Source: a virus
DNA: 41,392 bases
IMG/VR virus record: IMGVR_UViG_3300023223_001537
Location: 1-41,392 of that record
Direction: 5' to 3' (one strand)
The translations under genes and the position numbers were made by a program. Below, piece by piece: positions 7,712-16,315 of the stretch; position 1 is the stretch's first letter, and each line of letters opens with the position of its first letter. A model generated the notes under the pieces. That model was not told the DNA's origin. It saw only the letters and a program-made list of their open reading frames with translations, and did no database searches.

Positions 7712-7791
7712 TTTACTATTTAATCACTATCCCACACCGCCCAGCAAATCAATCCCTTTCAGACAATCCATCCTTCCTTTGGTACCCAGAG

Positions 7792-7814
7792 AAGGTTCAC
7801 AAATGGTACACATA
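7792..7814. repeat. 23-bp perfect direct repeat, right copy
   Basis: Identical to 7609..7631. Confidence 0.7.
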
Positions 7815-7861
7815 AATCCATTTTTAATAACTTCATATATAATTTCTGTAGGAGTTTAAAA

Positions 7862-8761
7862 ATGCCAAGGAAAAGATATATCAAACCAGCTTTTTTTGAG
7901 GATGAGGATTTAGCAGAATGCTCAATAAATGCCAGATATATGTTCATTGGGTTATTGGGCTATGCTGATCGAAATGGTATTCTTCTGCATAAAGCAAAGT
8001 TTTTAAAGAGCAGAATTTTACCATATGACGAAAAAATTGATGGCGAAAAGCTCATTAATGAACTCATTGACCATCCAAAATCATTCCTCATTGCCTTTGA
8101 AGTGGATGGTGTTAAATACCTGAAAATAAAGAACTTCCTTAAACATCAGAATCCTCATCCACATGAAAAATCAGGGTTTCCTAAAAATGTAATTGCATGT
8201 AATGACAATATAATTACAAGCAGTGACACTGACATTGCTTGTAACGGAAGTTCCGGCAGTAGCAAACCTTATAACTTAGAACTTAGAACTTCTAACTTAG
8301 AAAAGATTAAAACACATAGTCCAGATTCCTTAAAACCGGAATCTGAACGAGTAGTTAAAATTATAAATAAATTCTCGCCAGAAGATATGCGGTTCGTAGA
8401 AAAAATGCGAACGGATATATCCAAATTTGATCCAAAACGTAAATTCAGGGGATCAATAGAATCCTGGGCCAAGGATATATGCAAACTGAGGGAAATTGAT
8501 AAACGATCGCCTGAGGAAATGAAAGCCATGTGGCTACTGGTGCAGTCGGATAATTTCTGGCATAAACAGATATTATCCGCTTCGAAGTTCAGGGAAAAGT
8601 ATAGTGATTTAAAAACCAGGCTAGATACCAATACACGGGGTTCACCTCAGGTTAATAAACTGACCACATTTGAGAAAAAACGCAATGTTATGAAGGACTT
8701 TATGAGTGACGACACATCTTTAGGAGGACAACAAAATGCCCTTATCGAAAGAACAGTTTAA
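7862..8761 (+). CDS. Putative replication initiation or replisome-organiser protein
   Basis: The N-terminal pattern YIKPAFFEDEDLAECSINARYMFIGLLGYADRNGIL is common in phage replication proteins. AGGAG RBS. Confidence 0.5.
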   Translation: MPRKRYIKPAFFEDEDLAECSINARYMFIGLLGYADRNGILLHKAKFLKSRILPYDEKIDGEKLINELIDHPKSFLIAFEVDGVKYLKIKNFLKHQNPHPHEKSGFPKNVIACNDNIITSSDTDIACNGSSGSSKPYNLELRTSNLEKIKTHSPDSLKPESERVVKIINKFSPEDMRFVEKMRTDISKFDPKRKFRGSIESWAKDICKLREIDKRSPEEMKAMWLLVQSDNFWHKQILSASKFREKYSDLKTRLDTNTRGSPQVNKLTTFEKKRNVMKDFMSDDTSLGGQQNALIERTV

Positions 8762-9074
8762 GAATGGAATGCTCATATTTAACAGTTGTGGTGGTCCAAA
8801 TACGGACGTCATGACGCTTAAAGTCTGGCATAAATTGCTTTCAAACCTTAACCCGCAGGATTTTGAAGGAGCCGTTATCTCACTTTGCGAAGAAGTAACT
8901 GAACTGGGTCCGATAAATTTTGTGGCCCAAATAAAAATAAGGGCTAGAAGTTTGGCTGAAAGAAGAATAATGGCCAAAACTGCTCAGGATGCCATTAATT
9001 TATTAGAAGATGGCGAAGAATATGTTTCAAAAGAAGAGGTCAGTGATTTTATAAAAAAATTACAAATCGGTTAA
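8736..9074 (+). CDS. Putative helicase-loader-like protein (G39P-like pattern)
   Basis: AGGAGG RBS. It overlaps the end of the replication gene. The assignment rests on a weak pattern (VWHKLLSNLNPQDFEGAV). Confidence 0.35.
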   Translation: MPLSKEQFKNGMLIFNSCGGPNTDVMTLKVWHKLLSNLNPQDFEGAVISLCEEVTELGPINFVAQIKIRARSLAERRIMAKTAQDAINLLEDGEEYVSKEEVSDFIKKLQIG

Positions 9075-9087
9075 TAAGGATAATAAA

Positions 9088-9303
9088 ATGAGAATTTTAG
9101 GTGATAAAAAAGACAACTATATTGAAAATATATGTGAACAACTTAATCCGGTTGAACGGGTATGTGCCATTCATTATTGCCGGAGAGATATTGTTTTAGG
9201 CGACAAGTTTTATGAAGATGTGCATTCGGATGAGATTCTGTGTTCAAGAAGGTGTGTCGAACTTCATTGGGCTAACAGACCGGAGCCTATGCCAGGTGAA
9301 TAA
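9088..9303 (+). CDS. Hypothetical Cys-containing protein
   Basis: AAGGA RBS. Compact gene spacing. Confidence 0.45.
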   Translation: MRILGDKKDNYIENICEQLNPVERVCAIHYCRRDIVLGDKFYEDVHSDEILCSRRCVELHWANRPEPMPGE

Positions 9304-9321
9304 TTTTATAAAGGAGAGTAG

Positions 9322-9519
9322 ATGTTTAAATTCAATATAGGTGATGAAGTTTATCATAGAGGCAATAAAAAAAACCTGATGATCAGAGCAAAAATAAAAT
9401 ATGAGGATCATTGCTCTAATGAAAATTATTATGATACCTATATATGCGGGAATGAAATACCATCCGGCATCGATATGGTGCCTGAATTTTGGCTTGATGA
9501 AGGACATAGAATCGAATGA
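9322..9519 (+). CDS. Hypothetical protein
   Basis: AAGGAGA RBS. ATGA overlap with the next gene. Confidence 0.45.
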   Translation: MFKFNIGDEVYHRGNKKNLMIRAKIKYEDHCSNENYYDTYICGNEIPSGIDMVPEFWLDEGHRIE

Positions 9520-9953
9520 AAAATCAACGTGAGCATCATGAACAGTGCGTTGTGATTGCATGGTGTGAACTAAATAAAAAGCGGTATCCATGCTTGGGGC
9601 GCATCTATGCTATCCCAAACATGGGGAAACATCATGTTTCTTTTCGGATTAAACAGGCCCGGGAAGGATTGAAAAAGGGAATGTTGGATTTGTGTTTACC
9701 GTGGCCTGTTGTTAATGAAATTGAGGTAACAGCCACGAACAAAAGAACAAAATGTTACGCAAGATCAACACACGGCCTATATATCGAAATGAAGGTCAAG
9801 CCTAACAAGTTGTCGCCTGAACAAAAAGAATGGGTAAAATACCTGCTGGATGTCGGCTATGAAGTAAAGGTGGCATGGTCAGCAGATGAAGCAATAGAAA
9901 TTATAAAAAATTACATTGATCCTGAGGAAAAAGGATGGATAAATTACCAATAA
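9516..9953 (+). CDS. VRR-NUC domain nuclease
   Basis: Pattern EHHEQCVVIAW...IPNMG...GLKKGMLDLCL...GLYIEMKVKPNKLSPEQKEWVKYLLDVGYEVKVAWSADEA. Confidence 0.7.
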   Translation: MKNQREHHEQCVVIAWCELNKKRYPCLGRIYAIPNMGKHHVSFRIKQAREGLKKGMLDLCLPWPVVNEIEVTATNKRTKCYARSTHGLYIEMKVKPNKLSPEQKEWVKYLLDVGYEVKVAWSADEAIEIIKNYIDPEEKGWINYQ

Positions 9954-10117
9954 TAGAAGCCAAAGTCAGAAGGAAAACAGATTATCAGTTCAGCAAGGAT
10001 ATATTGGATGAAATAAAAGAATGGGCTAAAGATCAACCCTATTCATGTCACCTTACGTGGCTCTTATCTTGTGCTGAAAAACATGTTGAATCCCAAAAAA
10101 CCTGGAAGGATATGTAA
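9935..10117 (+). CDS. Hypothetical protein
   Basis: GAGGA-type RBS. Overlaps the preceding gene. Confidence 0.4.
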   Translation: MDKLPIIEAKVRRKTDYQFSKDILDEIKEWAKDQPYSCHLTWLLSCAEKHVESQKTWKDM

Positions 10118-10138
10118 AGGAGGTCAATCAATCCAAAT

Positions 10139-10229
10139 AACCCATTCATTTAAAGCGAGCCACCAGTTGTAATAAACCCATAAGGATAAAGCGTGCCAAT
10201 TTGTCCAAGTAACCCATAACGTTGAAGCG
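10139..10229. repeat. Three iteron-like repeats AACCCAT-N6-(A/G)AAGCG with an exact 36-bp period
   Basis: AACCCAT occurs at 10139, 10175 and 10211. RAAGCG occurs at 10152, 10188 and 10224. Confidence 0.7.
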
Positions 10230-10245
10230 TTTCATTAAATATTAG

Positions 10246-10357
10246 CCGTCTGCAGTTTTGTGTTCGCAAATTCAATCACTGTGAGGAAAGCTGAGAAAAC
10301 TCTCTGGGTTAATCCCAGCTGCGTATTCACACCCAAACTCAGCCAGACGGTTTTTTT
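10246..10357 (+). terminator. Long closing stem plus T7 run enclosing an internal hairpin; terminator or small-RNA 3-prime end
   Basis: CCGTCTG (10246..10252) pairs with CAGACGG (10344..10350) and is followed by TTTTTTT (10351..10357). An inner CTGGG/CCCAG hairpin lies at 10304..10318. Confidence 0.45.
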
Positions 10358-10386
10358 ATCAATTTAATTTTTGAAAGTAAGGCCAA

Positions 10387-11232
10387 ATGATTAAAGAGGT
10401 CATTGGTGACTTTACATTGTATCTAGGCGATTGTCTGGAGGTTATGGAGAAAAAGAAAAATGAAATTGAAAATGAAAATATTAAATTAGTATTACCAGAT
10501 CCTCCTTATGGGAAGACAGCGTGTGAATGGGATTCAATTATACCTATTGACGATATGTGGGAAAAATTAAACAAATTGATAGATGATACCGTTCCCGTAT
10601 GTATTTTTGGCATTGAGCCGTTTAGCTCGAGAATAAGAATCGCAAATATTGAAAAATATAAATATGATGTGATTTGTGTTAAGTCAATTCCAACTGGGCA
10701 TTTGAGCGCGACAAGAAAGCCTCTACGCAACGTGGACATAGTAAGCGTTTTTTATACAAATCAATGTACATACAATCCGCAATATACTTTAGGCGCAAAT
10801 AAAGTTTGGTCACGCAGTAATACCACTCTTTCAGTAAATTATGGCGGTCATAAAAATAGTGGGAAAAAGATTGTTTCGAGGGGAATTGATAATAGTTTAA
10901 ATTATCCGCGTGAATTTTTATTTTATCAAAGTTCTTATGCTGCAAGAGAAGAGAAATATCATGATACACAAAAATCCATTACATTATTAGAATTCTTTAT
11001 AAAAACATATACAAATGAAAAAGAAACGGTTTTTGATTTTACAATGGGGAGCGGTTCAACTGCTATTGCATGTTACAGACTAAACCGTAAATTTATTGGG
11101 ATAGAAATTGATGAAGAGTATTTTCAAAAAACTTGTGAAAGGATTACTGAAGAAAAAAGACAACTTAGGCTATTCGTTGACGAACCAACTTATGAACAAT
11201 CAACGTTAAAAATGTCAAAAAATAGCCTTTGA
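10387..11232 (+). CDS. DNA methyltransferase (DPPY type, probably N6-adenine), no cognate nuclease seen
   Basis: Motif IV VLPDPPYG and AdoMet motif FDFTMGSGSTAIAC. Confidence 0.8.
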   Translation: MIKEVIGDFTLYLGDCLEVMEKKKNEIENENIKLVLPDPPYGKTACEWDSIIPIDDMWEKLNKLIDDTVPVCIFGIEPFSSRIRIANIEKYKYDVICVKSIPTGHLSATRKPLRNVDIVSVFYTNQCTYNPQYTLGANKVWSRSNTTLSVNYGGHKNSGKKIVSRGIDNSLNYPREFLFYQSSYAAREEKYHDTQKSITLLEFFIKTYTNEKETVFDFTMGSGSTAIACYRLNRKFIGIEIDEEYFQKTCERITEEKRQLRLFVDEPTYEQSTLKMSKNSL

Positions 11233-11282
11233 ATTCAGCCCTGGCTTCCTTCTCACATCCACGGCCTTATGTGGGTAGATGG

Positions 11283-11428
11283 CCCATCCTGCTTCCCCAC
11301 GGAGTCAAAGCCTGATAAGCCAGAGGTTATCATATATAAGACAGGCTAAGGATGGGAAAAAGGCAAAGAGGGGTGCAGGGCTATCAAAACCTGAAAAGGT
11401 TTGAGCCAATGAGTCCTGCATCCCTTTT
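11283..11428 (+). ncRNA. Nested-helix structured element ending in a 10-bp stem plus T run
   Basis: CCCATCC (11283..11289) pairs with GGATGGG (11350..11356). AGCCTG (11309..11314) pairs with CAGGCT (11342..11347). GGGGTGCAGG (11370..11379) pairs with CCTGCATCCC (11415..11424), followed by TTTT. Confidence 0.4.
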
Positions 11429-11452
11429 GATATTATGATCTTTAATAAATAC

Positions 11453-11481
11453 TTGACAAAATACTATATTTATTAATAATT
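11453..11481 (+). promoter_or_regulatory. Promoter candidate for the fibre operon (TTGACA-17 nt-ATAATT)
   Basis: A consensus -35 hexamer was read directly. The -10 lies within tattaataatt. Confidence 0.45.
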
Positions 11482-11519
11482 AATGTTAATCAGCCCAATG
11501 ATTATCATGGGGTTGTTCT

Positions 11520-12386
11520 GTGTCTATTGAGTTCCAACAAGCCGGCATTCATGATGTTTCGAGGTCCAACCCACGCGATATCCTCTATATCAAGGGCAAT
11601 GAAACCACCCCTGGAAGCATCCGTTTCCATTTCATAACCCGCACCTCTCCTGATCCTCAAGAAACCTTTGCTCATATTGAATTGAGAGATTCAGGCGTTT
11701 GGAATGATACCGGCCTGATATTTTCAGGAGGATCGATTAGTTTAGGCAATGATTTAAAGGCTTCTGCTGTCGGCCTTTTTCTTTCAAGTTTTAATGAATC
11801 CTCTGATCCGATAGTAGGAACAAGATCACTTTACCCCCATATTAATTATGATCCTCTTGACGGTACGCAAGATAACCCAACTCGAATCCCTCCAAAGACA
11901 GGTTTTCCCGTTATGCCTGTTCTCAAACCAGAACTTTTTGATGTTTTCCCTGACCCAGATACGGGGGAAGTGGTAGCAAATACAATAAGTATTGTTTTTC
12001 CTCCTCTGTCTGAAAGAGTAATCTTTCGCTCACAACATCAATCGGGAAATGTATTACCAACCACTGAAGTCCAGGTAACTTATACAGACAATGGGGTGGT
12101 CATAAATCGTTTTAATGTTCCAGCATCCCTCTTTTTCGCAGGTCAAAAATTTGATCTTCTTTTTGAAGATTTTGGATTCGGGGGTTCAAACATAATTCAG
12201 ACATTTACCAGCACGTCTTTATTTTCTTTAAGAACAAATGCAGGCGGAAATTTTATTACTCTTCAAGATGGTTATCTGCAGGACACAGTTGATGTAATTC
12301 TCGAAGAGTTTGTCATTACCAATGACCTTTCCTTGCTGTTTAATAATAACGATCCTTTTTTTATAGTCCATAGTCGGTTCCCATAA
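11520..12386 (+). CDS. Hypothetical virion or tail-associated protein
   Basis: Long ORF with a TAATG overlap onto the fibre gene. GTG start with a weak RBS, so the start is uncertain. Confidence 0.5.
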   Translation: MSIEFQQAGIHDVSRSNPRDILYIKGNETTPGSIRFHFITRTSPDPQETFAHIELRDSGVWNDTGLIFSGGSISLGNDLKASAVGLFLSSFNESSDPIVGTRSLYPHINYDPLDGTQDNPTRIPPKTGFPVMPVLKPELFDVFPDPDTGEVVANTISIVFPPLSERVIFRSQHQSGNVLPTTEVQVTYTDNGVVINRFNVPASLFFAGQKFDLLFEDFGFGGSNIIQTFTSTSLFSLRTNAGGNFITLQDGYLQDTVDVILEEFVITNDLSLLFNNNDPFFIVHSRFP

Positions 12387-15300
12387 TGACAAATCAATTC
12401 CATAGAAATTTAATAGATTTTGACAACCATGCTGTAAACGCTGCTGAATATGCGACGATTGCCGCAAGGGATGCAGATACAACATTCAATGAAGCTGTTG
12501 CGAATATAAACAAAATTGTCAAAGTTCTCGATAACGGATCTGCTGAAGTCGCCTATTTTATTCTTGTTAGTGTTTCTCCCGACGTCTGGTTAGAAATCAC
12601 AAGTACATTAAGTAATTCCTTCCTTGAATTAACCGATACGCCGAATTCCTATTCTGTACCAGCTTCCGCTGGGAAAGTTCTGCAGGTTAATGCCGCCGAA
12701 ACTGGAGTCGAATTTTCCACCACTTTAATTGTTGAACCGGCAAATGACAGGGTCAAGATAGGCGATTCAGCAGCCGCACTGACAGATTTAACATTATTTC
12801 AAGATACCGGAACCCTGAGAGGATTAACGTTTTCAGGAGATGCAATAGTAGGTAGTGGAACCACCGATGGAATAACTCTTTCTATGGGGCAGAATAGTGT
12901 TGATGACAAGATTTTGCTTTTTGGGCAAACAAGCGATATAGCCGTCAGTGGCGAGTCAACGTTGGCCATTAATGTGGGGGTCGACCTGCCGTCTATTTTT
13001 GGCATTAATCCTATATTAACAATTGCTAGAAATATTGGAATAGGTGGCCCTATCTCCAATGTGGGAGTGGGTTTCGCGCCTGCCGCAATGCAAGCGGATG
13101 TTTTAGCAAAGATGCATATTAAAACGGGCGCAGTTGGAACTGTAGGGGCAATTATTGAAGCAGAAAGCGCTCAAACCGCAGATATATTTAGAATTATTAA
13201 AGACGGCGTTACAGATCCTTTAATGCAAATAACAAAGGATGGCGATGCGGTATTTCAAAGTGATAATGATTTTACTAACGCCTTTGAAGTTAAAAGAGCG
13301 GATGGGACTCTGGTTGTTGCGGTAGACACTAGTAATCGTTTTCTCAATATAACAAACACGACACCTTTGGGTAAATTAGGCATTAGAATTGATCAGGCCA
13401 GCCATGCAGGAATATTTATTCGAGGAATAGACGCACAGACCGGAGAATACCTTAGATTTACAAAGGATGACTTTACAACGATTTCAACTATAGATGGCAA
13501 TGGAAATGTTTTTTTTCGAATGATAGCAAATTCAGTAACCGCTTTTGAACTTACAGATGTGGCAAACGCAACCGTGTTTGATATTGATTCCACAAATAAG
13601 AGGGTTGGAATTGCTAACAATGCTCCTTCATTTAATTTGGATGTTACAGGAGATGGTCGCTTTACAACCAATCTGACAGTGGGGGCTGATTTAACCGTCG
13701 ATACAGATACGTTATTTGTGGATGCCTCATTAAATAGAGTAGGAATAAATATTCTCTTACCATTAGAAGCATTGCATGTATTTGGGAATGCCCGGGTAAC
13801 GGGAGCTTTCATTGATTCTTCAGGGGATCCCGGGACCAGCGGTCAAGTTTTAACAAGTACTATAACTGGAACAGATTGGGCAAGTCCAATTGGGGATGTA
13901 ATAGGGCCAGCATCATCAACGGACAATGCTATTTCCAGATTTAATGGAGTAACCGGAAAGATAATTCAAAACACTTCACAGGTAACTATAAATGATGACG
14001 GCCATATTGTAGCCCAAAATACTGTCAATTCCACAGGCGCATTCGTGGTTTTAGATGTAGCAGCCACTTCGGTTTTTTTCATCAACACAATAGCGAATGA
14101 AGTCACATCCAGAGATTTATTTGTTGTCGGAGATTTGAATGTTACCGGGGCTTTTGAAGACAGCAGTAGCAGTGCTGGCATAAGCGGTCAAATTTTATCT
14201 AGTTTAGGTACCGGGACTGATTGGATCAATAATACAATTGGTGATGTGGTGGGTCCGGCATCGGCTACCGTTAATGCTATCGCAAGATATGCGGCAGCGG
14301 ATGGGAAATCAATTAAAAATAGCACCGTCTTGGTAGCAGATAATGGAACCGTAACGATACCTCCGGGTGGGAATTTTGTTGTCGATACAGATACTTTTAT
14401 AGTGGAAGGTACACTTGATAGAGTTTCCATTGGAGCTATAGCAACGCCATTAACTGATTTTACTATTTTTCAAAGAGCTGTAGACCAAAAAGGAATAACA
14501 CTTTCTGGAGAACCAGTAATAGGAACTGCCACAAATTTGGATGGAGCCACCATATTTTTAGGTCATAGTACTGCCTTTAATCGGCAAATATTTATTGGCG
14601 AGACAAGTGACTTGGGGAATTCGTTAAAGAATGGCCTCTCGCTGATTGTAGGTCCTGATGTTCCGTCATTTTCTGGTGTTTCTATGACTGGAGTACTCAG
14701 GAATTTTATCGTGGGCGATCTTGGCGTAAAAGTTGGAGTAGGTTTTATAGCAAGCGCTGCAGTTCAAGCAGATATAATTGGAACCTTACATGTTCAAACT
14801 AACGCCGTCGATGTTGCTTTAATTGTTGAAGGTAGGAACGTCCAAACAGCAGATATATTTCAAATTATTAGAACCGGAACTACACCACCATTGATGAAAG
14901 TTACCGAAGCCGGCAATGTTGAATTTAGGAATGAAACGGATAGTGTAACAGGATTCCAGATTCTTGATGCCGATGGTGGCGTTCCTATGTTTAATGTTGA
15001 CACAATAAATGAAAGAATTGGAATAAATAATGCCGCCCCATCCGTTACCTTTGATGTTCTTGGGGATGCGCAAATCAATGGGCAGACAAGAATAAATAAT
15101 TCTTCTCCTTTGGGGGCTACTTTTTTAACTGATTTTACAGTTTTCCAAACGATGGGAACTGACAAAGGAATAACACTTTCAGGTAATGCGCCCACGACTT
15201 CAAGCATAGTTGAAGGAGCTACTCTATTTTTGGGCAATACTGCCGCAAATGTTCAACAACTATTTATTTGCCAAAAAACTCACCTTGGTAATGCGGCAGA

Positions 15301-16309
15301 ATCTGCATTGAGAATTATTACCGGATTACCAGTTCCAAATATATCAGGGATAAATCCTACGGCCACAGTTGGAAAGCATATAGATTTAGGAACTCCAAGT
15401 TTAAATGTTGGCGTAGGTCATCCAGCAACGGCGGCAACAACTCAAGCCATTTTGGATGGAGTAAAACTTTTTATCAGGTCTGGCGCAACCACAAATGTTG
15501 GTCTGGTTACGCAGGGCGAAGCAAGTCAAACCGCCGATTTATTCCAAGCGAGAAATTCTTCCGCCGTTAGTTTGGTCAAGATAGAAGAAGATGGCGACAT
15601 TATTGTAAGTGCTGTTGGCAGCAGTTCTGGGACGCCAAGAAAAATTCAAATGCTGAATGCGCCAACTGAGTTTAACCAATTTTTATTTGGCGGCGTAACC
15701 GGCATGCAATCTGCCAATGGTCATGGTTTGGATATTTTTGCATTTCATACTATAAGGATTTTTGGCGATACAACTGCTGGTATCCCACCTTTTGAGATAG
15801 TATCCGATGTAGGCGTTCAAATAGTAAATACGATTGTTTCAAACCCCGCTTTTGTCATTGATGGAGCCGCTTCTCAAACTGGCTCATTACTGCAATTAAG
15901 GACTAACGTTCCCGTAGTTTTATCAGAGTTTGACGAAGCTGGAAAATTAGTTGTTGGAGGAACCAAATTAGCAATGGTTGCCGATAGGTCAATGCTGGAT
16001 GTCAGAGGAAGCGTTGCTGTTGAGAGACTAGCATCGGCTGGAGCCGTTAGCACAGTCGATGAAGTGATCATAGCGGTTACCGGAGCGATGCCTGCAGGAG
16101 GAGTGATCGTAACAATATCAACCGCCGATATTGTTTTAGGAAGAATATTTATTATTAAGGATGAGTCGGGAACGGCAACTGTTCCAAATCCCATTACAGT
16201 ACAAGGGCAAGGTGGGGAAACAATTGACACACAAACGAGCGTTCCAATAACCGCAAATTTTGGCAGCCTTCGTCTTTATAGTGACGGCACAAATTTATTC
16301 ACATGGTGA
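12386..16309 (+). CDS. Very large tail fibre protein (1307 aa) with an internally triplicated module
   Basis: N-terminal fibre motif ELTDTPNSYSVPASAGKVLQVNAAETGVEF. Three modules start LTD(L/F)T(L/I/V)FQ at about aa 132, 689 and 914, each containing SQTADxFQ-like strings. Confidence 0.8.
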   Translation: MTNQFHRNLIDFDNHAVNAAEYATIAARDADTTFNEAVANINKIVKVLDNGSAEVAYFILVSVSPDVWLEITSTLSNSFLELTDTPNSYSVPASAGKVLQVNAAETGVEFSTTLIVEPANDRVKIGDSAAALTDLTLFQDTGTLRGLTFSGDAIVGSGTTDGITLSMGQNSVDDKILLFGQTSDIAVSGESTLAINVGVDLPSIFGINPILTIARNIGIGGPISNVGVGFAPAAMQADVLAKMHIKTGAVGTVGAIIEAESAQTADIFRIIKDGVTDPLMQITKDGDAVFQSDNDFTNAFEVKRADGTLVVAVDTSNRFLNITNTTPLGKLGIRIDQASHAGIFIRGIDAQTGEYLRFTKDDFTTISTIDGNGNVFFRMIANSVTAFELTDVANATVFDIDSTNKRVGIANNAPSFNLDVTGDGRFTTNLTVGADLTVDTDTLFVDASLNRVGINILLPLEALHVFGNARVTGAFIDSSGDPGTSGQVLTSTITGTDWASPIGDVIGPASSTDNAISRFNGVTGKIIQNTSQVTINDDGHIVAQNTVNSTGAFVVLDVAATSVFFINTIANEVTSRDLFVVGDLNVTGAFEDSSSSAGISGQILSSLGTGTDWINNTIGDVVGPASATVNAIARYAAADGKSIKNSTVLVADNGTVTIPPGGNFVVDTDTFIVEGTLDRVSIGAIATPLTDFTIFQRAVDQKGITLSGEPVIGTATNLDGATIFLGHSTAFNRQIFIGETSDLGNSLKNGLSLIVGPDVPSFSGVSMTGVLRNFIVGDLGVKVGVGFIASAAVQADIIGTLHVQTNAVDVALIVEGRNVQTADIFQIIRTGTTPPLMKVTEAGNVEFRNETDSVTGFQILDADGGVPMFNVDTINERIGINNAAPSVTFDVLGDAQINGQTRINNSSPLGATFLTDFTVFQTMGTDKGITLSGNAPTTSSIVEGATLFLGNTAANVQQLFICQKTHLGNAAESALRIITGLPVPNISGINPTATVGKHIDLGTPSLNVGVGHPATAATTQAILDGVKLFIRSGATTNVGLVTQGEASQTADLFQARNSSAVSLVKIEEDGDIIVSAVGSSSGTPRKIQMLNAPTEFNQFLFGGVTGMQSANGHGLDIFAFHTIRIFGDTTAGIPPFEIVSDVGVQIVNTIVSNPAFVIDGAASQTGSLLQLRTNVPVVLSEFDEAGKLVVGGTKLAMVADRSMLDVRGSVAVERLASAGAVSTVDEVIIAVTGAMPAGGVIVTISTADIVLGRIFIIKDESGTATVPNPITVQGQGGETIDTQTSVPITANFGSLRLYSDGTNLFTW

Positions 16310-16315
16310 AAAAAT

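Noticed and set aside
7662-7745. A complete tRNA gene on the minus strand
   Set aside because: Only the anticodon arm, variable loop, T arm and 3-prime acceptor strand are present. The sequence where the 5-prime acceptor strand and D arm should lie (reverse complement GGCGGTGTGGGATAGTGATTAAATAGTAAA) cannot pair with TGGGGAC. I therefore interpret it as the attP core.
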